Origin: Candidatus Bathyarchaeota archaeon
GTDB lineage: Archaea; Thermoproteota; Bathyarchaeia; TCS64
Assembly (NCBI GenBank): GCA_016930055.1
Contig: JAFGHP010000083.1
Coordinates: forward strand, 15,138 to 79,137
Direction: 5' to 3'
Length of the DNA: 64,000 nucleotides
A model generated the notes under the pieces. That model was not told the DNA's origin. It saw only the letters and a list, made by a program, of their open reading frames with translations, and did no database searches. A program made the position numbers and the translations under genes. This document shows positions 54,437-64,000 of the stretch, piece by piece (position 1 is the first letter of the stretch; every line of letters starts with the position of its first letter).

Positions 54437-55504
54437 TTAATTATTGATAATGTTTGTACCATTTTCTTTAGGTTGAGAAGCAATAACTCTCTTCGCTTTT
54501 ATTCTATAATAATTTAGGGGGTGTTTTATACGTTCACATATTTCATCTTTGTTACGGCAAATTCCATGTGTTCTTAAAGTATCACATAGAGGGGGAGTAT
54601 AGCGGGTTTTATTACCTTTTAAACCTGCAATGTGCTCTATTTGATAACGAGTTAAAGCTTCATCAAAATCAGTTACACTAACATACAAATCAACGATGCT
54701 CTCAATAGGCATTCCAACATTTATAAGAAAACTTGTTAAAGCAAATCTTTCCATGTGGCTAGCACGACGTCCAGAAAGCAATCCTTCCAAACAATAAGTC
54801 ATACAGGGTGGAAATGCTTCACGGATAACTTCTAAAGGTAAATCTTCTGCACCAATTTTTCGTCTATTTTCTTCAAAAATTTTGGAAATTTCCTCTAATT
54901 TGAGTTTAATAGGTGAAGGTAAATCAAAATTTACTCTATTAGAGACACGTTCTCTAATTAGCATTTCAACTTCTCCTTGTATTAGACGTGCAACTTCATT
55001 TTGTTGTAATAAGACATACCCATTCTTTAAAATGCGGTTAACTAGTTTCCATTTATCTTCATGAAAAATGCTACTGCTATGAAGATAATTATTAAAAAAT
55101 AATTTGAAGGGATATGTTTGTCCATCATAATTTTCTTTTGTGTTCTGAAGATCCCAATTAAACTCGTTTATTGCTATATCAAATAATGTTTTACTATCTT
55201 CCTTCATAAGCAAAAAATATATTCTTACGGCTTCAGCTAAAGCATATCTTCTATCAAGAAATGAATCGCCCTTTAGACTTACTAACATCGAAGCTACAGG
55301 ATATGAAAGCAACTCAGTCATATAATCTTCAAGCTTCGCTTCTACAACACCTTCAATAATAGCTTCAGTTACTCTTTCTGTTGCTCTATCAAGGATTTTT
55401 GAAAATGATGGATCAGCTAGGTCGTTTAATTGAATATTTAAAGCATCAACTAGTCTCACTGCTTCCTTTAAAAAAGGATATTTTGCAGCATCTCTTTCAA
55501 GCAT
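54437..55504 (-). CDS. priL: DNA primase large subunit PriL
   Basis: The 355-aa ORF has the C-terminal 4-Cys Fe-S cluster domain (PPCMTYC ... PPLCDTL ... GICRNK) and a helical N-terminal domain. Confidence 0.8.
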   Translation of the reverse strand: MLERDAAKYPFLKEAVRLVDALNIQLNDLADPSFSKILDRATERVTEAIIEGVVEAKLEDYMTELLSYPVASMLVSLKGDSFLDRRYALAEAVRIYFLLMKEDSKTLFDIAINEFNWDLQNTKENYDGQTYPFKLFFNNYLHSSSIFHEDKWKLVNRILKNGYVLLQQNEVARLIQGEVEMLIRERVSNRVNFDLPSPIKLKLEEISKIFEENRRKIGAEDLPLEVIREAFPPCMTYCLEGLLSGRRASHMERFALTSFLINVGMPIESIVDLYVSVTDFDEALTRYQIEHIAGLKGNKTRYTPPLCDTLRTHGICRNKDEICERIKHPLNYYRIKAKRVIASQPKENGTNIINN

Positions 55505-55708
55505 AAACGACCGCTAATAGATAAATGATTAGTATGTTTTAGAGTTTACCAAAATTTTTATCATAACATGTAAAAATTTAAAATCTTTATAGGTCTAATT
55601 AAAAAAATACCTAATAACAGAATATTATTTATAAAAATTAAATTTTAGAAATTAGTAAAACTGGAATGTTTTTATTTATCTCTATAGAATTTTTGTCTAG
55701 ATTTCTAT

Positions 55709-56908
55709 ATGGTTACTGAAATTTTACTAATATTGGGTATTTCAGTCATTATTTCAGTAATCGGACATGGATTTTTTGAAAAAACAGGAACACCTGAATC
55801 AATATTTTTATTAATTTTTGGTTTGATTCTTGGCCCAGGAATTGGATTTATTAGACCTTCTGATATAGAAAACCTTGTTCCCTTTGTTTTTACTTTATCA
55901 ATAATTATTATTCTTTTAGAAAGCGGATTATCTACCTCTTTATCAGATCTTTTTGAGACTATGAAAGTATCAACCTTTTTTACTTGCATGGTGTTATTAA
56001 TAACAACTCTTCTATGCAGCTTATTTTTTTACTTTCTTTTAAAATGGGATTTATTCTCAAGCATAATAATCGGTGTAATATCAAGCGGTACATCAACACT
56101 ACCAATAATGTATTTTATTAACCGAATGGAAATGGACATTAAAGTGACTCAATTACTTGTTTTTGAATCAATCATTAATGATGTTACAATACTCACCTCA
56201 GTAGCTATTATCCTTCAAATAATGACTCTAAAAATTGAAATTAGCAACATTATTACAAATATCATATTATACTTAATCGTTGCAGTTATCTATGGTTTAC
56301 TTTTTTCTTTAGGATGGGTTTATATTTTAATAAAATTTTTTGACGATTTACAATTAAAATATATTTTAACCTTAGCAGTAGCAGTAATTCTTTATTCGAT
56401 AGTTGAATCTCATGGAGGAAGTGGCGTCATTTCAGTTATGGTTTTCGGAATTTCCGTAAATAATTTACCAAACTTTTTCACTGAACATGGAGTTATTGCA
56501 ATAAAAACTAAAAATTTTTTCACACATATACAAGTTATGCAAGACGAGATCACATTCTTTGTAAAAAACATCTTCTTTCTAATAATGGGGCTTTTATTTG
56601 ATATACGATCTTTTAACAATTTTATTCTTTTAATTTCTATTTCCTTAATAGTTTTAATGGTATTAAGCAGATTAATTTGTGTAATAATATTAGGAAAAAT
56701 TGATTCTTTATACAATAAATATATTTGGAAAATTTCATTAATGTTGCCAAGAGGACTTACTGCTGGTTTAGCAGCTGTTATGCCAATAGAAAAAGGTATA
56801 AATATTCCTTATTTAAAAGACCTTGTGATTTTTCTGGTACTTTTAACAAATATTACTGCCACAGTAGGATTTATGAGCTTCATTAGAATGAAAAACAGGA
56901 TCGAATAA
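55709..56908 (+). CDS. Na+/H+ (cation:proton) antiporter, CPA1/NhaP-like
   Basis: The 399-aa ORF has about 11 TM helices and an LLESGLS region typical of NhaP-type exchangers. Confidence 0.7.
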   Translation: MVTEILLILGISVIISVIGHGFFEKTGTPESIFLLIFGLILGPGIGFIRPSDIENLVPFVFTLSIIIILLESGLSTSLSDLFETMKVSTFFTCMVLLITTLLCSLFFYFLLKWDLFSSIIIGVISSGTSTLPIMYFINRMEMDIKVTQLLVFESIINDVTILTSVAIILQIMTLKIEISNIITNIILYLIVAVIYGLLFSLGWVYILIKFFDDLQLKYILTLAVAVILYSIVESHGGSGVISVMVFGISVNNLPNFFTEHGVIAIKTKNFFTHIQVMQDEITFFVKNIFFLIMGLLFDIRSFNNFILLISISLIVLMVLSRLICVIILGKIDSLYNKYIWKISLMLPRGLTAGLAAVMPIEKGINIPYLKDLVIFLVLLTNITATVGFMSFIRMKNRIE

Positions 56909-56972
56909 GGAATCATAACTAAATGAATGTATAAATAATCTTTTACTTAAATATTGATTAATTATAAACGTT

Positions 56973-57413
56973 TTATCTTGCTGGTTTTTGAATTTTTCCT
57001 AAGACAAGTAATTTTAATGGTACACCATTTACTGAATGAACTTTATAACGGACGCCAGGAATATCACCCATAGAACGGCTGCGGGGGCCACTAATTCCTT
57101 CAATTGTCACTTCATCATGTTCATCAACGAAATTTAATGCTCCATCTCCGGGTAAGAATGCGGTTGCTAATCGACCATTTTTAATTATTTGTATACGAAC
57201 ACATTTACGAATGGCTGAGTTAGGCTGTTTGGATTCAACACCAACTTTTTGAAGAACTATCCCTCTTCCTATTGGAGCTCCTTCTAAAATATCCTTCTTT
57301 TCAGCTTTACGTTTCTTACGGAGGACATAGTCTTTACTTTTATATCGCATTGCTTTACGAACATTTTTCAACCTGCGACCTGCATACATACCGTTTGCCA
57401 AGTGATTCTCCAC
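56973..57413 (-). CDS. rps12: 30S ribosomal protein S12 (S23e)
   Basis: The ORF has a [37 protein letters not shown] core. The track start is GTG (57411-57413). A better-placed TTG lies at 57399-57401, 6 nt after GGTGGAG. Confidence 0.9.
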   Translation of the reverse strand: MENHLANGMYAGRRLKNVRKAMRYKSKDYVLRKKRKAEKKDILEGAPIGRGIVLQKVGVESKQPNSAIRKCVRIQIIKNGRLATAFLPGDGALNFVDEHDEVTIEGISGPRSRSMGDIPGVRYKVHSVNGVPLKLLVLGKIQKPAR

Positions 57414-57573
57414 CTACCGGTGAAGACTGGAATGTTTAAACTTTACGCATTTAAAGACGTGAAAAAATGGTTTGATATTAAAAGTTAATCTAATCTTAAT
57501 TGAATTTATTATGCTAACAAACCGAACCTTTTTATTTTCCATATGTTTTCCAACTGTGTAGGAGAATAGAGAA

Positions 57574-58869
57574 TTGAGTGGAAAAGTTAAACCACACATT
57601 AACTTGATAATTATTGGTCATGTCGACCACGGTAAAAGTACAAGCGTTGGACATTTGTTCTATGATGCTGGTGCTATTGACGCAAAATATGCTAGAGAAA
57701 TGGAAGCAGAATCTAAAGCTATGGGAAAAGAATCTTTCAAATATGCATGGCTTCTTGACCGTCTTAAAGAAGAACGTGAGCGAGGCATTACAATCGACCT
57801 CGCGTTCTATAAATTAGAAACCGCAAAAAATTTCTTTACTATAATAGATAGCCCTGGACACCGCGATTTTGTTAAAAACATGGTCACTGGAGCAAGTCAA
57901 GCAGATGGAGCTGTTTTACTTATATCAGCTAAAAAGGGAGAATATGAAGCAGGTACTAACCCAGGTGGTCAAACAAGAGAACACGCATTCCTAGCAAAAA
58001 CATTAGGTGTTAACCAGATTGTTGTTGCAGTAAATAAGATGGACGACCAATCAGTAAACTGGTCAGAACAACGTTATCAAGAAGTAAAAGACGGTGTATC
58101 GCGTCTCCTCCAAATGGTTGGATATGATGTAAGTAAAGTCTATTTCGTACCAACAAGTGGTTGGGGTGGCGATAATTTAGTAAAGAAAAGCGAAAATATG
58201 CCATGGTATAAGGGACCTTCTCTATTAGAAGCATTAGATACTTTCACTATACCACCTAAACCAACTGATAAACCATTAAGAATACCTGTTCAAGAAGTTT
58301 ATACTATACGTGGTGTTGGAACAACACCTGTTGGAAAAGTTGAAACTGGAAATTTGAAAGTCGGTGACGATTTAGTATTTATGCCAAGTGGTGAAAAAGG
58401 TAAAGTAAACAGTATAGAAACACATTACACAAGATTAGATGAAGCAAATCCAGGAGACAATATAGGCTTTAATGTTAAAGGTGCTAGTAGAGACAAGCTT
58501 AAACGTGGAGAAGTAGCTGGACATCCAAATAATCCACCTAGTGTAGCTAAAGCATTCAAAGGAAGAATATTCGTTATTCATCACCCAACCGCAATTGCTC
58601 AAGGATATACTCCTGTACTACACATACATACAGCGCAAATAGCAGTTAGATTTGATAAACTTGAAAGTAAACTCGATGCAAGAAGCGGACAAGTTGTTGA
58701 AGAGAATCCAAACTACCTAAGAACAGGAGAAGCAGCAGTCGTACGTTTCGTACCACTACAACCAATATCTGTTGAAACATTCATAGACTTCCCACAGCTT
58801 GGTAGGTTTGCTCTAAGAGATATGGGTACTACTATTGCTGCTGGAGTCATCCTTGAAATAGAAAAATAA
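57574..58869 (+). CDS. tuf: elongation factor 1-alpha (aEF1A/EF-Tu)
   Basis: The 431-aa ORF has KPHINLIIIGHVDHGKST, DSPGHRDF and NKMD motifs. It has a TTG start with GGAG upstream. Confidence 0.9.
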   Translation: MSGKVKPHINLIIIGHVDHGKSTSVGHLFYDAGAIDAKYAREMEAESKAMGKESFKYAWLLDRLKEERERGITIDLAFYKLETAKNFFTIIDSPGHRDFVKNMVTGASQADGAVLLISAKKGEYEAGTNPGGQTREHAFLAKTLGVNQIVVAVNKMDDQSVNWSEQRYQEVKDGVSRLLQMVGYDVSKVYFVPTSGWGGDNLVKKSENMPWYKGPSLLEALDTFTIPPKPTDKPLRIPVQEVYTIRGVGTTPVGKVETGNLKVGDDLVFMPSGEKGKVNSIETHYTRLDEANPGDNIGFNVKGASRDKLKRGEVAGHPNNPPSVAKAFKGRIFVIHHPTAIAQGYTPVLHIHTAQIAVRFDKLESKLDARSGQVVEENPNYLRTGEAAVVRFVPLQPISVETFIDFPQLGRFALRDMGTTIAAGVILEIEK

Positions 58870-58933
58870 ATTTTTTAATTTATTTTTTCGATAGGTTTAA
58901 GTTCTTAGTTGTCTGACAAATCGGGGAACAATC

Positions 58934-59242
58934 ATGGCACGCCGTGCAAGAATAAAACTAACAAGCACAGACACTGATAAACTCGAGGCAGTGTGTGGAG
59001 AAATCAAAGAGATCGCTTCAAAAATTGGCGTAAAGTTAGTTGGGCCTATACCTTTACCAACAAAAAAATTAATTGTACCAACAAGAAAAACACCTTGCGG
59101 TGATGGTACAAGCACTTGGGATAAATACGAGATGAGAGTGCATAAAAGGTTAATAGAAATCGATGCTCGGGACCGTGTAATGCGTAGCATAATGCGTATA
59201 AGAGTACCCAATGAAGTCTATATTGAGATGGAAATCAAGTAA
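58934..59242 (+). CDS. rps10: 30S ribosomal protein S10 (S20e)
   Basis: 102-aa ORF, with the canonical position downstream of tuf. Confidence 0.9.
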   Translation: MARRARIKLTSTDTDKLEAVCGEIKEIASKIGVKLVGPIPLPTKKLIVPTRKTPCGDGTSTWDKYEMRVHKRLIEIDARDRVMRSIMRIRVPNEVYIEMEIK

Positions 59243-59349
59243 TTATAACATTAAGTTAACAGCCTTTTTAATGTTTATTATTTTTAAGATTTAAAACATA
59301 AATACTTACTAAGCTATTTTTTAAGTAATTTCAATTTAGGAGAAATTCA

Positions 59350-60291
59350 ATGAAAAAATTATTAATAGCCTTGGGTGGCAATGCTATCAAAAAAAACTAT
59401 GAAAAAGGAACATATGAAGAACAAATCAAGAACATTGATGTTGCATGTGAACAAATTGCTGAACTATCAAATCAGGGTTATAAAATCGTAATAACTCATG
59501 GTAATGGTCCTCAAGTAGGAGATTTAGCTATACAATCTGAAAATTCACTTGATTTAGTACCACCTCAACCCTTATCCGTACTTGGTGCGATGACTCAAGG
59601 ACAAATCGGTTATATGATTCAACAATCGATAAAAAATAAATTAAAAAATAAAGATAAAAATGTAGTAACAGTAGTAACACAAGTCTTAGTTAATGATAAA
59701 GATGAGGATTTTAAAAACCCTACTAAACCAGTAGGTCCATTCTTTGACGAAGCCACTGCTAAAACTCTTGCAGAAAAACAAGAATGGATAGTAAAAAAAG
59801 TTACAACAGAGGGGGAAAAGACCTGGAGACGTGTAGTTCCTTCACCTAAACCGATTAAAATTATTGAATCACAGTTTATTCATGATTGTATAGAAAAAGG
59901 ATCAATAATTATCGCAGCTGGTGGTGGAGGAATACCGGTTGTTTTTGATAAAAAGGGTAAATTAAAAGGAATCGACGCAGTTATCGATAAAGACAGGTCT
60001 GGATCACGATTAGCTATAGATATTAAAGTGGACATTTTTCTAATTTTAACTGACATTGAATATGTTATGAAGAATTATGGAAAAAAAACTCAAAGACCTT
60101 TTAGAAAGTTATCAGTAAAACAAGCTAAAGAATATTTAAATGAAGGTCAATTTGGTTTAGGTAGTATGGCACCAAAAATTGAAGCAGCATGTGATTTTAT
60201 TGAAGCTGGTGGCGAATTAGTCATTATTACTAGTTTAGAAAAAGCATTAGAAGCTATGGAAGGTAAAACAGGTACTAATATTTTAAGATGA
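59350..60291 (+). CDS. arcC: carbamate kinase
   Basis: The 313-aa ORF has LIALGGNA and ITHGNGPQVG motifs of carbamate kinase in the amino-acid kinase family. Confidence 0.8.
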   Translation: MKKLLIALGGNAIKKNYEKGTYEEQIKNIDVACEQIAELSNQGYKIVITHGNGPQVGDLAIQSENSLDLVPPQPLSVLGAMTQGQIGYMIQQSIKNKLKNKDKNVVTVVTQVLVNDKDEDFKNPTKPVGPFFDEATAKTLAEKQEWIVKKVTTEGEKTWRRVVPSPKPIKIIESQFIHDCIEKGSIIIAAGGGGIPVVFDKKGKLKGIDAVIDKDRSGSRLAIDIKVDIFLILTDIEYVMKNYGKKTQRPFRKLSVKQAKEYLNEGQFGLGSMAPKIEAACDFIEAGGELVIITSLEKALEAMEGKTGTNILR

Positions 60292-60411
60292 TTAAAAATT
60301 CATTTTATTTTAGTAATACTAATAATCGATGCCATAGTTGAATTCATTACTGCAATCATTACCCTGTTGGAGGTAAAATGGGGGAGTAAATGGATTATGT
60401 ATTGAATTAAT

Positions 60412-60963
60412 TTAGGATTTAAGATTGATTAATGGTTTCAGCAGTGCACAAAAAAGATTTTCAAAAAACAAATTTTGTTCTTCTAATACAATCCAATCGT
60501 AACCATAATTTTGATTAATTCCCGTCAGAGAAGAATAAATTATTAGTATTTGACCATTTTCGTTTAAATATTTTTTTGCTTGATTAAGGAAGCTACTAAT
60601 AAGTTCCTTTCCTGTTTCACCTCCATCCCAAGTACTATCATTTATGCTTTTCTCTGAGGGCAAGTATGGTGGATTAAAAAGTATCCAATCAAACTTTCCA
60701 CAAATTTTCTCAAATAAATTACTCTTAAACACAGTTATTTTATCTGAAACATTATTTTCTATAGCAAATTTTTTTGTAACTTCAATAGCTTCTAAATTAA
60801 TGTCAACGGCAACAACTTTTTGAACCACATTTTTTTTAGCTGCAGTTACTGCTTGTATACCACTTCCAGTGCCCATATCAAGAACTTTACCGTAAACAAA
60901 TTTTTCAACATATTTTTGTAATAAGAAAGAGTCTTCTGCTGGAAAATAGATGGAGCACATCAA
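60412..60963 (-). CDS. HemK/Mtq2-family protein (release factor glutamine) N5-methyltransferase
   Basis: The 183-aa ORF has IYFPAEDSFLL, motif I VLDMGTGSG and motif IV NPPY. Confidence 0.7.
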   Translation of the reverse strand: MMCSIYFPAEDSFLLQKYVEKFVYGKVLDMGTGSGIQAVTAAKKNVVQKVVAVDINLEAIEVTKKFAIENNVSDKITVFKSNLFEKICGKFDWILFNPPYLPSEKSINDSTWDGGETGKELISSFLNQAKKYLNENGQILIIYSSLTGINQNYGYDWIVLEEQNLFFENLFCALLKPLINLKS

Positions 60964-61034
60964 ATTTAAAACGAATCTGTTTAACTTAAAGAATAGGGTA
61001 TTGTATCATACGATAATTTAAAGAAATAAATTTT

Positions 61035-62486
61035 TTAATAAGTTCTTGATACGTATGCTATATATTTAGCAGAATTTTCACATAGAATACAATTATCAGT
61101 TGGTTCTTCAAGGTCAAGCCATAAAGTTCCTCTAATTTCACCACTGACTTTATCTTTTAGAGCTTCAGCGCAACCTTTATTTCCACACCAATTGATTCTT
61201 ACTAGTTTTCGTTGATCCATAAATTCCTTTAATTCATCCAAAGTGTATGCAGTCGCCATTCGTTCATTCATAATTTTCTTGCTTCTTTCATTCAAAGTCT
61301 GATTAATTGATTTGAATAATTCATGGACTGTATCAACTAAGTTTACTAAATCTGCTTTACTTTTTTTGAAAGTATCCCGGCGTACGAATGTTACAGTTTT
61401 TGACTCTGCTTCTCTTGGACCTATCTCAATACGTATTGGAACTCCATTCATTTCCCATTTATAGAATTTTTCTCCTGGTCTTAAACGATCATCTTCGTCA
61501 AGTACTGTTCTAATATTATTTGATGTTAAATTATGGTAAATTAGTTTAGCATATTCTTTTGATATTTGTTCTTTACCTTTAACGGGGATTGGTATAATTA
61601 CAACCTGTTTTGGAGCGACGATTGGTGGGAGAATTAAACCGTGGTCATCACCATGTTGACTTATCAAACACGCGAGGGTTCTACCAAAACCCATTCCATA
61701 ACATGTATTTGTGCAAAGCTCCTGTTTTCCATCTTCGTTTTCATACGTCATTTCGAAGGCTTTAGCAAAATTATTACCTAATTGATGTACTGTGCCAATT
61801 TGATTACTTTTACCATCAGGATTCCAAGCATCAAATGCAACACTATAATCAGCTCCAGCAAATTTATCAAAATCTGGTCTCCTAAGTTTAATATAATTAA
61901 GAGATAAGGAATCATAAACTTCACTGTATATCCTTATTGCAGTTCGTATCTGCTCTTCTGCTTCATTATATGTAGCATGCGCGGTATGCCCCTCATTCCA
62001 TAAAAACTCACGTCCACGATATAGTGGCCTAGTTGCCTTAGTTTCGTATCTGTAAACGTTACATGTCTGATTCATTAATAAAGGCAGATCTGCGTGGCTT
62101 CGTATCCACATTTTAAACATAGGATATATAGCTGTCTCACTGGTGGGTCTAAGAACCAGTCTGCGTTCCAACTCATTTTCTCCAGCATGTGTAATCCAAA
62201 ATACTTCCCCACTAAACCCTTTTATGTGGTCCTCTTCTTTTTGGAAAGCATCTTCTGGAATAATAACAGGGAACTGCATTGGTTCATGTCCTGATGAATC
62301 TAATTTTTCTTCCAACATAGAAATGATTCTTTTAACTATGCTGAAGCCCCATCCTGTATAGACTGTGAATCCTTTGACGGGGTATCTGTCGTCAACTATT
62401 TTTGCTTCAAGCAGGACATTGTCATACCATTCACTAAAGTTTTCTTTCGGAATCAATGTTTTCTGAATAGTTTTGTTGGCTGCCAT
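61035..62486 (-). CDS. proS: prolyl-tRNA synthetase (archaeal/eukaryal type)
   Basis: The 483-aa ORF has a class II core and a C-terminal Zn-binding domain (CGNKGCAE...CILCENSAKYIAYVSRTY). Confidence 0.9.
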   Translation of the reverse strand: MAANKTIQKTLIPKENFSEWYDNVLLEAKIVDDRYPVKGFTVYTGWGFSIVKRIISMLEEKLDSSGHEPMQFPVIIPEDAFQKEEDHIKGFSGEVFWITHAGENELERRLVLRPTSETAIYPMFKMWIRSHADLPLLMNQTCNVYRYETKATRPLYRGREFLWNEGHTAHATYNEAEEQIRTAIRIYSEVYDSLSLNYIKLRRPDFDKFAGADYSVAFDAWNPDGKSNQIGTVHQLGNNFAKAFEMTYENEDGKQELCTNTCYGMGFGRTLACLISQHGDDHGLILPPIVAPKQVVIIPIPVKGKEQISKEYAKLIYHNLTSNNIRTVLDEDDRLRPGEKFYKWEMNGVPIRIEIGPREAESKTVTFVRRDTFKKSKADLVNLVDTVHELFKSINQTLNERSKKIMNERMATAYTLDELKEFMDQRKLVRINWCGNKGCAEALKDKVSGEIRGTLWLDLEEPTDNCILCENSAKYIAYVSRTY

Positions 62487-62596
62487 TCCAAATCCCTACT
62501 GCAGGTTTTGATGATGAGAGATTATTAAATCATTATGTTCAAATATTAATCATTTGAATAATATTTTACAGATTTTTTGATTTTAGGTTAAAGTGG

Positions 62597-62821
62597 TTAT
62601 TTCTTTTTTATTATAATTATTGTTACTTCGTCTTCTTTTTTTATACTAACGACTTCGTGACCTAAACGTTCTGCTAGTCTACGTAAATCTTCATAAGCAG
62701 CAGGATCATCAGCATGTATTTCAATTGTTTGACCTTTTTCAAGCTCATCTAAAGCTAGACGTGTACGGAATACTGGTTCGGGACAAAATAATCCTATACA
62801 ATCAAGGGTCTTATCAACCAT
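62597..62821 (-). CDS. tusA: TusA/SirA-family sulfurtransferase
   Basis: The 74-aa ORF has an N-terminal LDCIGLFCPEP (CPxP motif). Confidence 0.75.
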   Translation of the reverse strand: MVDKTLDCIGLFCPEPVFRTRLALDELEKGQTIEIHADDPAAYEDLRRLAERLGHEVVSIKKEDEVTIIIIKKK

Positions 62822-62823
62822 GT

Positions 62824-63540
62824 TTATTCATCACCCCTAGATTTCGGTGGTTGCGTCATAGGAATAATTTCATCTCTTACATATTGAAGATATTGTGCTT
62901 GATCAACTGAGTTGAATATTGTAACCGAGCCGTCTCTAACTAATCCTACTGTATTACCAAATTTCCTGCTCTTTGTAAGGATATACCAAGGATCACCAAT
63001 TTTCGCGTATTCTTTAAAAAGTTTAGTATCAACAACATCAGGTCCATAAAGACTCAATTTATTAATATTAGGGATATCCATGTTTTCGAAAAAGATGACT
63101 TTAGTCGATTCAGGGTTTTCTAAATGGAATTTTTTAAGGGTTTCAGGAAGAATACGTGCTTCAACAATTACACCAATATCACCAAAAACAATTTCAGATA
63201 GTCTATTAACTACACGATTGGCAACATCTTTTTTATCAACAACCGCAAAATACGTTCTATTATCATATTCACTTACACTAAAAAGTACTTCTTTGGTTAC
63301 AGGACTTGGCGCAACTTTTCCTCGATGATAATAATAAATTACGTTATCAAAACTGTACAATCCCGTTAAGACTTCTTCATTTATACTTAGGTTGGCAACT
63401 TCTGTAATAAGAGTGATTTTAAAATCTCCTTCTACATAATCTTCTTCAACCTTATAACCTTCAAGAGCTGCAGATACATCAATAATTTTTTTATAGTTGG
63501 TCGAGACAAAAACTTTACCCGCTGTTGGCAATAAATACAC
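62824..63540 (-). CDS. hypothetical protein (cysteine-free, adjacent to tusA)
   Basis: The 238-aa ORF has no recognisable motif. It abuts tusA with a 2-nt gap. Confidence 0.4.
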   Translation of the reverse strand: MYLLPTAGKVFVSTNYKKIIDVSAALEGYKVEEDYVEGDFKITLITEVANLSINEEVLTGLYSFDNVIYYYHRGKVAPSPVTKEVLFSVSEYDNRTYFAVVDKKDVANRVVNRLSEIVFGDIGVIVEARILPETLKKFHLENPESTKVIFFENMDIPNINKLSLYGPDVVDTKLFKEYAKIGDPWYILTKSRKFGNTVGLVRDGSVTIFNSVDQAQYLQYVRDEIIPMTQPPKSRGDE

Positions 63541-63640
63541 CTAGAAAAGCAAATAAAAGCTACCTTTTAAGGCTAATGAAGATTCTGTACTAAGATAAAG
63601 AGAGTTTTAAGAATTCACTTAAAAAAATTTATGAAGTTTA

Positions 63641-64000
63641 TTATTTCCACACCTGTTTGAAAACTCTTAAATGGTTCCCGCCTAAAATTTTCTTAATATC
63701 ATCTTCTTCATAGCCTCGTCTTATTAGTTCTTTAGTAAAATTGAGTAATTTACTTGAGTCTTCTAATCCTGGGCATCCACCACCACCATCATAATCTGCA
63801 CCTAAACTTACGTGGTTGGGACCAACCAATTTTACAATATGATCAACATGATCTATCATTTTCTCAAGGTTTGCTCCTTCTTTAGCTATAAAACCAGTTA
63901 AGAAATTCATGCCCATTACTCCACCATCCTCAGCTAATGCTTTAATCATATCATCGGTTAGATTTCTTGGAGAATCACATAAAGCACGACAATTACTATG
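63641..64000 (-). CDS. membrane dipeptidase (peptidase M19 family), C-terminal part; the gene continues beyond the window end
   Basis: The C-terminal sequence ...HVSLGADYDGGGGCPGLEDSSKL...IKKILGGNHLRVFKQVW matches the M19 dipeptidase C-terminus (GxDxDG metal site). Confidence 0.65.
   Translation of the reverse strand, partial: HSNCRALCDSPRNLTDDMIKALAEDGGVMGMNFLTGFIAKEGANLEKMIDHVDHIVKLVGPNHVSLGADYDGGGGCPGLEDSSKLLNFTKELIRRGYEEDDIKKILGGNHLRVFKQVWK

Noticed and set aside
54379-54483. The N-terminal 35 residues of the ORF-track priS.
   Set aside because: This segment overlaps priL coding sequence and has no similarity to PriS N-termini. The conserved PriS begins at MESDWGSTKF.
57414-57599. The 61-aa minus-strand ORF immediately upstream of rps12.
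   Set aside because: It overlaps the tuf start on the other strand, lies in the divergent promoter spacer and has no similarity. The rps12 N-terminus is complete without it.
1-64000. A search for CRISPR arrays, transposases/integrases, rRNA genes and inteins.
   Set aside because: I saw no regularly spaced direct repeats, no transposase or integrase-like ORFs and no rRNA-like GC-rich blocks. The large proteins (LeuRS, aIF5B, PriS, RecJ-like, HppA) have normal lengths, so inteins are unlikely.

Overview
This is a gene-dense window from an AT-rich (about 30% GC) archaeal chromosome. Ribosome-binding sites of the GGAGG type are used throughout. Most genes are archaeal housekeeping genes. They include a classical shikimate operon (DAHP synthase, aroB, aroD, aroE, aroK) and a long minus-strand ribosomal/secretion cluster (secE, nusG, L11, L1, L10, and ftsY, pfdA, LX, L31e, L39e, PDCD5-like, S19e). 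They also include three aminoacyl-tRNA synthetases (alaS, leuS, proS), the KEOPS genes (kae1, bud32, pcc1), S15 next to a RecJ/GAN-like nuclease, S3Ae, GlmM and a GlmU-like enzyme, H+-pyrophosphatase, the translation initiation factors aIF2 gamma and alpha and aIF5B, the S6e, S27e and L44e ribosomal proteins, Nop10, primase PriL/PriS with a GINS-like gene, the S12, EF1-alpha and S10 genes, carbamate kinase and one tRNA-Val. Four things stand out. (1) A roughly 4.5 kb island lies between the S19e cluster and a detached L12 gene. It carries a GATC-type restriction-modification module: a Dam-like methyltransferase, a second small DPPY methyltransferase and a minimal MutH/Sau3AI-family nuclease. 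It also carries an unknown 201-aa protein and two zinc-ribbon proteins. (2) A bacterial-type, C-Ala-less AlaRS sits next to an archaeal-type LeuRS. (3) A Lrp-associated operon (Re-citrate-synthase-like, ~640-aa aconitase, NADP-IDH) matches the gene order recalled for clostridial Re-citrate synthase clusters. (4) Two essential genes, hppA and aIF2 gamma, have conserved N-termini encoded upstream of any ATG/GTG/TTG. Each is preceded by a GGAGG motif, which suggests AUA/AUC initiation or a sequence error. There is also a KaiC-like ATPase neighbourhood with a membrane protein, a GH3/ANL ligase and tandem PhoU/TrkA-C proteins. No CRISPR arrays, transposases or rRNA genes were seen.
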